Of a DNA stretch of 64,000 nt, positions 11,975-21,849 are shown piece by piece. The notes under the pieces were generated by a model, which saw only the letters and a list, made by a program, of their open reading frames with translations, did no database searches and was not told the origin of the DNA. Origin of the DNA: Arcobacteraceae bacterium. Lineage in GTDB: Bacteria > Campylobacterota > Campylobacteria > Campylobacterales > Arcobacteraceae. The translations under genes were made by a program, and so were the position numbers. Within the stretch, counting starts at the first letter, position 1. Every line of letters begins with the position of its first letter. The stretch lies in the NCBI GenBank assembly GCA_963662945.1, contig OY759974.1, forward strand, positions 1,600,001 through 1,664,000, in the 5' to 3' direction.

Positions 11975-12286
11975 ATGGCAAAGTTTATTGAAGTAAATTT
12001 AACAGAAATTTTTGAGGTACCAGATAATTGGGAAGTTGTTGAAGATGAAGATGGTAATGCCGCTTTAAAAACTGAAAGTGATGAGTATTTAGATTTTGAA
12101 ACTTTAATTTTATATGCAAATGCAAATGATTTAGCAGAAGATGAAGAAGCTGATTGGGTTCCTTGCATTGATGATGAGTCATTTGAGATGTTGGATAATA
12201 AAGGTTTAAAACAAGTAAAAACAGAATTAGATATTTATGAACTAGAGGAAGATGAATTAGATTTTGAACAAGTTGAAGTTCAATAA
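11975..12286 (+). CDS. Small, highly acidic hypothetical protein
   Basis: SD AAGGGG; about 35 of 103 residues D/E. Confidence 0.75.
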   Translation: MAKFIEVNLTEIFEVPDNWEVVEDEDGNAALKTESDEYLDFETLILYANANDLAEDEEADWVPCIDDESFEMLDNKGLKQVKTELDIYELEEDELDFEQVEVQ

Positions 12287-12306
12287 AATAAAAGAGATAG
12301 TTCTTT

Positions 12307-12354
12307 TCTAATTCTATGTAAAAACTTTTATGAGCAAATTTACATAGAATTAGA
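12307..12354. terminator. Hairpin between convergent genes (probable bidirectional terminator)
   Basis: TCTAATTCTATGTAAA / TTTACATAGAATTAGA perfect 16-bp stem, 16-nt loop. Confidence 0.65.
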
Positions 12355-12355
12355 T

Positions 12356-14452
12356 TTAATGTTGTTCCAAAGGTATAGTTATAGTAAATTGAGCACCAAT
12401 ATATCTCTTATTATTAAACTCAAATGAAACATTTTCTGCTTTTATATCCCCTTTCATACTTTTTGTTATAAGATTATAACTCATATGTAATCCAAGTCCT
12501 GTTCCTTGAGATTGATGTTTTGTAGTAAAATATGGTTCAAATATTTTTGGTAAAGCACTTTCTGAAATTCCACCACCATTGTCTCTAAATTTTATTATTA
12601 CTTTATTATTTATAACTTTTTGAGAAATAAAAATATATCTTTCACTCTCATCAACATTTGTAATCAATGCATCTTTTGCATTATTAAAAATATTGATAAA
12701 ACATTGAATAAGTTCATTTGGATAGCCTTTGACTTTGATAGATTCTTCAAGTTCTAAAATAATATTAAGGTTATATTTTTTGATAGTAGAGTCTACAAGT
12801 TTAATAAAACTATCAGTATCATTTTTAAGATCAAATCTGATAGGTTTTGAGTCACCTTTGATGTAATTTGTAAAATCTTCTATAGTTTGGGAAAGATATT
12901 GTGCATTTTCATTAATAGAGTCACAGGTTGTATAAAAGAAATCATCTTTAAGAAGGTTGTACTCTTTTTGCATTTTCATTCCTGTCGCTCCTGTAGAGAT
13001 GACAGAAAGAGGTTGTCTCCATTGATGAGAAATATTTGCTATCATTTCACCCATTGCAGCTAGTTTGGACTGATTGTATAACATTTTTTGTTGGTCTAAT
13101 TGTTCTTGTTGGAGAAGGGTTAGTTTTGTTACATCATAAATACTACCTTCCGTTTTAATATGATTACCTTTTTTATCAAAAGTATGAATTGCTCGTTCTT
13201 CTACATATTTTATATTATTCTTGGCACTTTTGAGTTTATATTTTATAAAATATTCTCTTTTATCTTCAATGGAATTTTTATATTCTTCTTTTATCTTTGG
13301 AATATCTTCTTGATCAATGTATGATAAAAATTGATTATATGTTATTTCTTGGTCTATATCATCAATCTCTAAGATTTCATAGATTCCTTTATTCCAAGTA
13401 AGTTTATCTTTGATTTTATTATATTTCCAAAATCCTAAATGTGCAATATGAGACGCTCTATCTAACGAGAGGTTAAGTTTATCTTTGAGTATACTGACTC
13501 TATTTTGTAAAATTTTTACAGTAATGATACTTAAAAGCATAGAAAAAACAATTGTAAGTATAGAAACTAATAGATATCTTTTGTTTGTTTCTTTTGTTTG
13601 TTCTTTTTCATATTTTTTGCTTAACTGAAGTATTATAATAAGTTGGTCATTTATTTTTCTAGATACAAATTGATTATTTTGATAGAGTTCATTATTCAAT
13701 ATTTGTTTCGCATCATTTGGAAATTCTTTGTATATATTATGTTTTTCAAAAGAATAATTTCCCCAGTTTTTATTTGTATCATAATGTATTAAAAAATCTC
13801 CACGGTTATTGATAAGGATAGAGTCATAAAGTGGCATATTTATAAATTTTTTTAAAAAATTATCCATAAATAAATTAATAATAAGGATTCCATCAAATTT
13901 CCCATCTTTTTCAAGTGGCATGATAGCTCGAAGTGTTGGTTTATAAGGTATTTCTATTTGTCCATTTTCTATGTTTAAATCTAATGGAGAATACCACACT
14001 TTATTTGGTTCTTGAGATTTGGAGTTAAGGAAATAATATCTTTGAGATTTATTTTGTAAATTTTCTTTTTTTACCAAAAAGGGTTTACTTGTTTCATCAG
14101 TTCTATCAACTCTTATTTTTTCATAACCATCTTTATCTAGATATCTTAATTGCATAATAGTCTGGTCTGTTTCTGCGAAAGCTAGAAATAGACTTTCTAC
14201 TTGTATTGTTTGATTTTTACGATATTCTTTAAATTTATCAAAATCTTTGATAGCATTTAACATATTATTTGATTTTGAGACAAAACTATTAAAAACATTT
14301 GTTCGTTCTTTTGTTTTTTTAATAGCATTTACAAGAGCTACATTTTGTGCTTGATTTGAAAATAAAATATTTTCTATTACGATATAAGAAGACACCAATA
14401 AAATTGAAAATAAAAAAAATATTAATATCAATTTTATGTTATTTTTTGACAT
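12356..14452 (-). CDS. Membrane sensor histidine kinase (dCache-like, PAS)
   Basis: Two TM, QLRYLDKDGYEKIRV periplasmic motif, PAS (LGFWKY...W), H-box NISHQWRQPL. Confidence 0.9.
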   Translation of the reverse strand: MSKNNIKLILIFFLFSILLVSSYIVIENILFSNQAQNVALVNAIKKTKERTNVFNSFVSKSNNMLNAIKDFDKFKEYRKNQTIQVESLFLAFAETDQTIMQLRYLDKDGYEKIRVDRTDETSKPFLVKKENLQNKSQRYYFLNSKSQEPNKVWYSPLDLNIENGQIEIPYKPTLRAIMPLEKDGKFDGILIINLFMDNFLKKFINMPLYDSILINNRGDFLIHYDTNKNWGNYSFEKHNIYKEFPNDAKQILNNELYQNNQFVSRKINDQLIIILQLSKKYEKEQTKETNKRYLLVSILTIVFSMLLSIITVKILQNRVSILKDKLNLSLDRASHIAHLGFWKYNKIKDKLTWNKGIYEILEIDDIDQEITYNQFLSYIDQEDIPKIKEEYKNSIEDKREYFIKYKLKSAKNNIKYVEERAIHTFDKKGNHIKTEGSIYDVTKLTLLQQEQLDQQKMLYNQSKLAAMGEMIANISHQWRQPLSVISTGATGMKMQKEYNLLKDDFFYTTCDSINENAQYLSQTIEDFTNYIKGDSKPIRFDLKNDTDSFIKLVDSTIKKYNLNIILELEESIKVKGYPNELIQCFINIFNNAKDALITNVDESERYIFISQKVINNKVIIKFRDNGGGISESALPKIFEPYFTTKHQSQGTGLGLHMSYNLITKSMKGDIKAENVSFEFNNKRYIGAQFTITIPLEQH

Positions 14453-14583
14453 AAATTCCCTTAACTTATTTAACTAGCACCAATTATATCGAATATTATA
14501 TAATAATTTATAAAAAAAATTAATGGAAGATTAAATAAATAGGTATATACTAAAGTTATAGAAACTAAAAAAAGGTGTTAATT

Positions 14584-15777
14584 ATGGTAGTAGAAATAGT
14601 ATTTGCTGCAGGATGTTTTTGGGGAGTAGAAAAACATTTTGAGTCTATGAATGGTGTTATAGATGTGAAGTCTGGTTATGCTGGTGGAAATTACCCAAAT
14701 CCTACATATAAAGATGTTTTACGACATCGTTGGATTGACAATGATAAAAATATTGTGAATTATACAGAAGCTGTAAAAGTTAAATTTGATAATGACAAAA
14801 TAACCGCAAAAGAGCTTATCAAATCATTTTGGGAATTACATGATCCTACAACGAAAAACAAGCAAGGAAATGATGTAGGTAATAATTATAGAAGTGCAAT
14901 ATTTTATACAAATGAGAATCAAAAAGACATAGCATATAATACAAAAGCAACTTATCAGACACTCTTAAAAGAGCATGGATTTGGAGAAATAGTTACTGAG
15001 ATTAAACCACTTACAAAATTTTATGAAGCAGAACAATATCATCAAGATTATTTAGCTAAAAATCCAAATGGATATTGTCCAAATCATAGTACAGGTGTAA
15101 AGTTTGAGAATCAAAAAAATAAAAACAATACGGAAGCTATAGTTCCCTTAGGAGGTAAAGAGATAGTAGTCGTGGAAGCTGAGAGTTTTTGTCCTTATTG
15201 TGAGAAGTTTAAAGCAGAGGTAAGCTCATCTTATAAGGGAATCACACCTTTACGAACAGTGTATAGTTCTCAACTGAAAAAATTTGATATTAAAACCAAG
15301 CTAGATGCAACTCCTACAATACTCTTTATAGAAGATGGCAAAGAGGTATTTGCACATAGAGGTTTTTTAAATTCTCAAGAATTCTATAAGGTATTAGGAG
15401 CATTTCAACTAGGAAAAGATTCTGAAAGTTATAGTGTTGCTTTTAATAAAGATACAGATAGCAGATTTTGTAAACAGTATGATATATTTAAAAATACTCC
15501 AGATGGGGTTTTTGTGGATAAACTTTCTGGGGATGTACTTTTTGATACAAAAGACAGATTTAATTCTGGTACAGGGTGGTTGAGTTTTTATAAAGCGGTT
15601 GATGGTTCTACTATAGAAAAGCCTGATTATAGTTATGGTATGAACAGAATTGAGGTATTAGCAAAAAAAAGTGGAATACATTTGGGGCATGTTTTTCCAA
15701 GAGTAGATGGGAAAAGAAGATTTTGTATAAATGCAACAGTCTTAGAGTTTATCCCAAGGGAAAAATTAAAAAAGTAA
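14584..15777 (+). CDS. msrA: MsrA-thioredoxin-like-MsrB fusion methionine sulfoxide reductase
   Basis: AGCFWGVE and AEQYHQDY (MsrA), CPYC (Trx-like), SGTGWLSF...HLGHVF...RFCIN (MsrB); ATG 14584 preferred over GTG 14575. Confidence 0.92.
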   Translation: MVVEIVFAAGCFWGVEKHFESMNGVIDVKSGYAGGNYPNPTYKDVLRHRWIDNDKNIVNYTEAVKVKFDNDKITAKELIKSFWELHDPTTKNKQGNDVGNNYRSAIFYTNENQKDIAYNTKATYQTLLKEHGFGEIVTEIKPLTKFYEAEQYHQDYLAKNPNGYCPNHSTGVKFENQKNKNNTEAIVPLGGKEIVVVEAESFCPYCEKFKAEVSSSYKGITPLRTVYSSQLKKFDIKTKLDATPTILFIEDGKEVFAHRGFLNSQEFYKVLGAFQLGKDSESYSVAFNKDTDSRFCKQYDIFKNTPDGVFVDKLSGDVLFDTKDRFNSGTGWLSFYKAVDGSTIEKPDYSYGMNRIEVLAKKSGIHLGHVFPRVDGKRRFCINATVLEFIPREKLKK

Positions 15778-15835
15778 ATTTAATCTGACATAAGAAAATT
15801 TTAGTAATCTTTCAAAAAATGTAAAAGGATTTAAA

Positions 15836-16081
15836 ATGTATACAATAAAAATAGATAAAGAGTGCGGATGTTTCAAAAAAAGTGTTTATGAAAATAATAT
15901 GAGTTTTGAGTCAAAAGATGATGCTTTAATGCAAGCAAGTCTTATGCAAACACATATGAATACAAAATTTTGTGGAAAACATAACTTTGAATTATGTGAA
16001 GATGGTAATGATTTTTTAATTAGTGTTAATATGAACGAACAGCCAAGTAGTGGATGCTGTGGTGGTGGACACTGTTCTTAG
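15836..16081 (+). CDS. Small Cys-rich hypothetical protein
   Basis: SD AAGGA; CGC, CGKH and C-terminal GCCGGGHCS. Confidence 0.8.
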   Translation: MYTIKIDKECGCFKKSVYENNMSFESKDDALMQASLMQTHMNTKFCGKHNFELCEDGNDFLISVNMNEQPSSGCCGGGHCS

Positions 16082-16121
16082 TCATTGGGCTCTTAACCAG
16101 AACTTTTGTATAATATGATAT

Positions 16122-16784
16122 ATGAAAAATGATATATTAGAAAACAATACAAGAGAAACATGTTACAGTTGCTATAGACCAAAAAGTAGTTGTATGTGTG
16201 ATTATGTAAATGCTATAGAAACAAAAACTCAATTTGTAATTTTAATGCATCCAAAAGAGTTTAGAAAAACGAAAAATGGTACTGGGCGATTTACACATAA
16301 CTCTTTACCAAATTCGTTACTTTTTATAGGAATTGATTTTAATCATCACACAGAGATAAATAAGATAATAAATGATTCTTGCAATAATTGTTTTGTACTA
16401 TATCCGGATAAAAATAGTATAAAATTAAATGAAGTTAATATACAAGCAGAAGGTAAAAATAATATAATTTTTATTATTGATTCAACATGGCCATGTTCAA
16501 AAAAAATTTTGGCTGTAAGTAAAAATATAAATATGTTACCAAAAATCAGTTTTGAACATACAAAATCATCAGAATTTAAAATCAAAACACAGCCAAATAA
16601 GTATTGTCTCTCGACAATTGAATCAACAGTATGTGTATTGGAATTACTCACAGAACATAAAATTGAAAATATAGAAAAAGAGCAATTTGAAAAGTTTTTA
16701 CAACCGTTTAATGAGATGGTAAATTATCAAATAAACTGTGTTACAAAGCCAGATATTAAAGAACCAAGATTTTTAAGGAGATAA
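16122..16784 (+). CDS. DTW-domain tRNA-uridine aminocarboxypropyltransferase
   Basis: CxxC..CxC, HPKE..KNGTG, IDSTW and LSTIES motifs. Confidence 0.9.
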   Translation: MKNDILENNTRETCYSCYRPKSSCMCDYVNAIETKTQFVILMHPKEFRKTKNGTGRFTHNSLPNSLLFIGIDFNHHTEINKIINDSCNNCFVLYPDKNSIKLNEVNIQAEGKNNIIFIIDSTWPCSKKILAVSKNINMLPKISFEHTKSSEFKIKTQPNKYCLSTIESTVCVLELLTEHKIENIEKEQFEKFLQPFNEMVNYQINCVTKPDIKEPRFLRR

Positions 16785-16786
16785 CT

Positions 16787-17101
16787 ATTAAATCATTATT
16801 TAAATTTTTAAAAATTTTATTATTGATGGGTGTTCTATTTGCAGGATTTGTTTATGGAGTATTGAATTTTTTTGCTTATAAAGTCCAAGAAGATTATGAT
16901 AAATTAGTAAAAAGTAATAGATACATTTTAAATCCATATTATACTGATTTATATATGTTGTGTATGTTGGATTATCATTTTAATCCTAGAGGAAAAGATA
17001 TGTTACAAGAGTGTAATAAATTAGCAAAAATTGCAGATAAAAAACCAGATACGCCTTATTATGACTTTTATATTAAGTATGTGAAAGATTTTGTAAAATA
17101 G
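16787..17101 (+). CDS. Small membrane-anchored hypothetical protein (start uncertain: ATT 16787 or TTG 16823/ATG 16826)
   Basis: Open frame with N-terminal hydrophobic segment; SD AAGGAG at 16775-16780. Confidence 0.6.
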   Translation: MKSLFKFLKILLLMGVLFAGFVYGVLNFFAYKVQEDYDKLVKSNRYILNPYYTDLYMLCMLDYHFNPRGKDMLQECNKLAKIADKKPDTPYYDFYIKYVKDFVK

Positions 17102-17116
17102 TTTTAAACAATATCC

Positions 17117-17929
17117 CTAATTTTGGGATATTGTTTTTTGTTCCAAAAGTATAGTTTTGAGTTCTTGTATCTCTACTCTTAATTTTTCTAGTTCTGATTT
17201 TGTATGATCTTCACTTGAATGTATCTCACTTACAAGAGTTTCACTTTCAGTGTCTTTGATTTCATTCATGGCATCTACTACAATTGCTATGATGAGGTTT
17301 ATCATAATAAATGTTACGATAAAAATAAAAGGAACAAAAAAGATCCAAGCATAAGGATCTACTTCCATAATAGGTCTAACAATTCCCATTGACCAAGATT
17401 CTAAAGTCATAATTTGGAATAATGTATAAAAAGACTCACTTAAACTACCGAACCATTGTGGAAAAGATTCTCCATAGAGTTGTGTTGCCATAATAGCAAA
17501 AATATAAAATAATAAAGTAAGTAATCCAGCAATAGAAGCCATACCTGGTATTACACTTACAAGTGCAATAACTATTTTTCTCATTTGAGGTACAACTGTT
17601 ACAAGCCTGAAGAGTCTAAGAACTCTTAAAATTCGTAAGATTTCAAATCCAGCACTAGATGGCACTAATGAAATAGCTACAATAAAGAAGTCAAATAAAC
17701 TCCATCCATCTTTAAAAAATGGTAATCTATGCACATAAATTCTCATAGCAATCTCTATTGTAAATATAGTGATAACAACTTTATCAAAGATATGTATAAA
17801 ACCACCAATAGAGTTCATAATATCTTTTGATGTTTCCATTCCCATAGTGATACCATTGAGGATAATGATAGCTATAATAAAGTTTTGAAATTTACTACTT
17901 TCTACAATACTTTTAGTTTTTTCATACAT
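17117..17929 (-). CDS. Bacterial voltage-gated sodium channel (NavAb-like)
   Basis: S4 [13 protein letters not shown], selectivity filter TLESWSMG, C-terminal coiled coil. Confidence 0.95.
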   Translation of the reverse strand: MYEKTKSIVESSKFQNFIIAIIILNGITMGMETSKDIMNSIGGFIHIFDKVVITIFTIEIAMRIYVHRLPFFKDGWSLFDFFIVAISLVPSSAGFEILRILRVLRLFRLVTVVPQMRKIVIALVSVIPGMASIAGLLTLLFYIFAIMATQLYGESFPQWFGSLSESFYTLFQIMTLESWSMGIVRPIMEVDPYAWIFFVPFIFIVTFIMINLIIAIVVDAMNEIKDTESETLVSEIHSSEDHTKSELEKLRVEIQELKTILLEQKTISQN

Positions 17930-18067
17930 TGATTTTCTCTCATAGATTTAAATTTTTTGGAAGTTTAACATAAAGTAAATTAAGTGAAAAGTTATACAAT
18001 TGAATTAACATGTTTCAATTATTTTAAACTAAATTTTGATAAAAATACTGTTGAAAATTAGATTGAA

Positions 18068-19858
18068 TTAATCTAATTTTAACACGGCCATAAATGCTTC
18101 TTGTGGTACATTTACTTTACCAATAGCTTTCATTCTTTTTTTACCAGCTTTTTGTTTCTCTAAGAGTTTTCTTTTTCTTGTGATATCTCCACCATAACAT
18201 TTTGCAGTTACATTTTTTCCAGTAGATTTTACAGTTTCTCTGGCAATAATATCTTTTCCAATACTTGCTTGAATAGCTACTTCAAAAAGTTGTCTTGGTA
18301 TGAGTTCTTTTAATTGCTTAACAAAAACTCTTCCTCGTGCCTGTGCTTTTTCTTCAGGAACAATAATACTTAATGCATCAACTGGCTCACCTGCAACAAG
18401 TACATCTAGTTTTTTAAGATTTCCTGGTCGAAATCCAGTTACTTCATAGTCAAAACTTGCGTAACCTTTTGTTGTAGATTTTAATTTGTCGTAAAAATCC
18501 ATTACAATTTCATTCATAGGCACATCGTATTCTAGTAAAACTCTTTTATTGATGTAGTCCATTTTAATTTGGATACCTCTTTTGTCATTTAAAAGTTTTA
18601 TTACATTTCCAAGATATTCATCTGGTACTAAAATAGTAGCTTTTACATAAGGTTCTGAGATTACATCTATTTTATTTACTGGAGGTAGTTCATAAGGATT
18701 TTGTATCATAAGCTCTTGACCATCTGTTGTAAGAACTTTATATACAACTGTAGGTGCAGTTGCTATTAAATCAAGGTCAAATTCTCGCTCAAGTCTTTCT
18801 TTGATTACTTCCATATGAAGCATCCCTAAAAATCCAGTTCTAAATCCACTTCCAAGTGCAGTTGAACTTTCTGGTTCATAAGAGATTGAGCTATCGTTGA
18901 GTTTTAGTCTCTCAAGAGCATCTCTTAAATCTTCAAACTTATCTGTTTCAATTGGATAGAGTCCTGCAAATACAAAAGGTTTTGCTGGTTCAAATCCATC
19001 AATAGGTTCAGCTGTTGGATTTTTTGCATCAGTCATAGTATCACCAACTGCAATTCCCTCAGTAGTTTTTATACCAAGAACAACAATACCTATTTCACCT
19101 GTTTGTATCTCTTCTGTTTTTTGTTTATGAAGAGGATGAGGATACATAAGGTCAAGTACTTTATGCTCAACTTTAGTATTCATCATTTTAAGCATTTGCC
19201 CTTTTTTGATACTTCCATCATAAACTCTTACTAGTGCTAATGCACCAAGATAATTATCAAACCAACTATCATAAATAAGTGCTTTTGTAGGAGCATTTTC
19301 ATCTCCATTTGGTGCAGGAATAGTATCTACAATTGCATCAATTAAGTCTTTAACTCCAACACCAGTTTTAGCAGAAATTAAATTGTGAGCTGTACAGTCA
19401 AGACCTATTGCTTCTTCAGTCTCTTCTAGTACTCTCATAGGATCTGCAGATGGTAAATCGATTTTATTTACTACTGGCATTAATGTAAGTTCATTTTCTA
19501 GTGCAATGTAAACATTTGCTATAGTTTGTGCTTCAACACCTTGTGTAGCATCAATGATAAGTAAAGCACCCTCTGAAGAAGCTAAACTTCTACTTACTTC
19601 ATAAGAAAAGTCAACGTGACCTGGAGTATCAATAAGATTGAGTATATAGTGTTCGCCATCTTTTACATAGTCTAGTCGTACAGATTGAGCTTTGATTGTT
19701 ATACCACGCTCTTGTTCGATATCCATAGTGTCCATCATTTGAGCACTTAATTCTCTATCTGCAACAGCACCACACTCTTGTATAATTCTATCAGCTAATG
19801 TACTTTTCCCATGGTCAATATGGGCTATAATACTAAAGTTTCTTATTTTATCTTGCAA
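18068..19858 (-). CDS. lepA: Elongation factor 4
   Basis: [22 protein letters not shown] and [25 protein letters not shown] motifs. Confidence 0.98.
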   Translation of the reverse strand: MQDKIRNFSIIAHIDHGKSTLADRIIQECGAVADRELSAQMMDTMDIEQERGITIKAQSVRLDYVKDGEHYILNLIDTPGHVDFSYEVSRSLASSEGALLIIDATQGVEAQTIANVYIALENELTLMPVVNKIDLPSADPMRVLEETEEAIGLDCTAHNLISAKTGVGVKDLIDAIVDTIPAPNGDENAPTKALIYDSWFDNYLGALALVRVYDGSIKKGQMLKMMNTKVEHKVLDLMYPHPLHKQKTEEIQTGEIGIVVLGIKTTEGIAVGDTMTDAKNPTAEPIDGFEPAKPFVFAGLYPIETDKFEDLRDALERLKLNDSSISYEPESSTALGSGFRTGFLGMLHMEVIKERLEREFDLDLIATAPTVVYKVLTTDGQELMIQNPYELPPVNKIDVISEPYVKATILVPDEYLGNVIKLLNDKRGIQIKMDYINKRVLLEYDVPMNEIVMDFYDKLKSTTKGYASFDYEVTGFRPGNLKKLDVLVAGEPVDALSIIVPEEKAQARGRVFVKQLKELIPRQLFEVAIQASIGKDIIARETVKSTGKNVTAKCYGGDITRKRKLLEKQKAGKKRMKAIGKVNVPQEAFMAVLKLD

Positions 19859-19952
19859 TTTTTATCCTATTCTTCTCTAAAATGAATTTAATTTTCTTTA
19901 GAAGTGGGATTTTATCTAAAAATTGCTTTTACTTTAGTTTAAGCTAGAAAAA

Positions 19953-20711
19953 TTAAAATCTATCTGCATCTTCAAAGATAGGCTTTGTTAAAAACTTACC
20001 ATTAGTATCTATAAATCCCCAATTATTGCCACTTTTAACTTTTGCAAATCCATTAGAAAAATCATAAGCATAATCATAAATAGGTTTTGTTACAAAATTA
20101 CAATTATTATCTACAAATCCCCACTTGTTATCTAGTTCAACTCTTTTAAAATTTTCATGTTGAATATAAATCATATCCATAGAAGGGGTGATTTTAAGTT
20201 CTAAGTTTTTATTTATACAACCAAATTTACCAAATTTTTTTACAATTATTGTATCATAAATAAATTCTTGTACTTCATCGTAAATAGGTTTGACAACTAC
20301 TTCAAAGTCTTCATTTATCAAACCAAATTTCTTATTTACTTCAAGTTTAGCAAATCCATTATGGAATCTACCAATTGAGTCATAAATTGCTTTGAGTTGT
20401 AATTCACCATCTTTATTGATAATACCATATTTCCCATCTGTATTTTCTACTATTGCATAAGTATTATTACCATTGTTCTCAATCCAATGTATATTGATAT
20501 AGTTTGGATGAAAGTATCTCCCAAAATTCCCATCAAATCTATTTATTTTTTTGTAAATAGGTTTGATTGTAACTTCAGAATTATCTTTTAATAATCCATC
20601 TTTATTATTTACAGTGACAACTGTATCTAAATTTTCATGTGATAGTTTAGAACTACAACCATTGAAAAACATTATTGAGAGTAGGCCAAATGTATATATT
20701 ATTTTTTTCAT
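19953..20711 (-). CDS. WG-repeat lipoprotein
   Basis: Lipobox FNGC; repeats KYGIINKDG, KFGLINEDF, KWGFVDNNC, NWGFIDTNG with FxNGFAKV. Confidence 0.88.
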   Translation of the reverse strand: MKKIIYTFGLLSIMFFNGCSSKLSHENLDTVVTVNNKDGLLKDNSEVTIKPIYKKINRFDGNFGRYFHPNYINIHWIENNGNNTYAIVENTDGKYGIINKDGELQLKAIYDSIGRFHNGFAKLEVNKKFGLINEDFEVVVKPIYDEVQEFIYDTIIVKKFGKFGCINKNLELKITPSMDMIYIQHENFKRVELDNKWGFVDNNCNFVTKPIYDYAYDFSNGFAKVKSGNNWGFIDTNGKFLTKPIFEDADRF

Positions 20712-20721
20712 AGTATCTCTT

Positions 20722-21822
20722 TTATTGTTCTTTTTTCACTATTTTAAAATCAACTCTTCGTGATGCATCAACATTCTCTGTTCCATCAGGATTTAGAATT
20801 GGATTATCATAAGACATACCGTAAGGTTTGAAAGTATTTTCTATCCATTCCTTACTGATTTCACTATCTTTTGAGGCTTTGTTAACTGCATAATCTCTCA
20901 CTTCTTCTGCTCTTTTTTGTGACAATAGTTTATTGAATTTGTATCTCTCTTCATCTGTTTTTGAAAGTTTGTATTCAGATGAAGTGTGACCCTCTATTCT
21001 TATCTCTTGTATTTCATCTTTATATTTTTCTACAATTTTTAAATATCGTGGAAAAAAATCACTTAAAATATCTGTAAATCCAACTTTTAAATCACTTTTC
21101 CCTGTTTCAAAAAGGGCAAGGGGATTATTGAATCTAAAAAGTAAATTATCTTTTGAAAGTTCTGCATTCCAAGGTTTAAAATCATTTTTAAATTCTTCCA
21201 TTAAGGCATCATATAAACCTACAAAACTCGGTGTAACATCTTCTACTACTAGAGTTTCCTCTTGTATTGGTTCTTCTACTACGACTTCAGTTTTAGGCTT
21301 TTCAATATTTTCTTCTTGAGGTTTACAGTATGAATCTAAATTTTCTGCTTTGAGCATTTCAGAAATATAGATATTGTTATTCTTTGAGCTATTATGAAGT
21401 GGTGACATTTGATGGCTATCTACTACATCTCTTTGTGCTTTATTACAAATAAGTAATTTTGAAAGGTCTGTATAGTTATCTCTTGTAGAATCTAAAAGTG
21501 GAGTATCTTGATAATTATCAAATGTATTTACTTCTCCACCATTTTGGATTAAAAGTTTTGCAATATCATATTCTTTTAATCTTACTGCAATATGTAACGG
21601 TGTGTAACCATAAATATCTTTTTTATTAATATCACTTTTTTGTTCAATTAAAAATTGTACCAATTTTAAATCTCTTGCTCGAACTGCATCATGTAGTGCC
21701 ATTTCGTTTATAAAATCATTCTTGGTTACATTAGTTGTATGGATTGAATTAACTTGATTTGTTGCTGTACAACCTCCCAATATTAGTGAGGCTATTGTTA
21801 ACAATAATATATTTTTGCTCAT
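20722..21822 (-). CDS. Lipoprotein with ankyrin repeats and C-terminal OmpA/MotB (ZorB-like) peptidoglycan-binding domain
   Basis: Lipobox LGGC; GYTPLHIAV, DTPLLDS, MSPLHNS ankyrin repeats; IRIEGHT...NKLLSQKRA...SRRVDF. Confidence 0.88.
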   Translation of the reverse strand: MSKNILLLTIASLILGGCTATNQVNSIHTTNVTKNDFINEMALHDAVRARDLKLVQFLIEQKSDINKKDIYGYTPLHIAVRLKEYDIAKLLIQNGGEVNTFDNYQDTPLLDSTRDNYTDLSKLLICNKAQRDVVDSHQMSPLHNSSKNNNIYISEMLKAENLDSYCKPQEENIEKPKTEVVVEEPIQEETLVVEDVTPSFVGLYDALMEEFKNDFKPWNAELSKDNLLFRFNNPLALFETGKSDLKVGFTDILSDFFPRYLKIVEKYKDEIQEIRIEGHTSSEYKLSKTDEERYKFNKLLSQKRAEEVRDYAVNKASKDSEISKEWIENTFKPYGMSYDNPILNPDGTENVDASRRVDFKIVKKEQ

Positions 21823-21849
21823 AGTTTGATGTCCCCTTTTAAATTTAAT

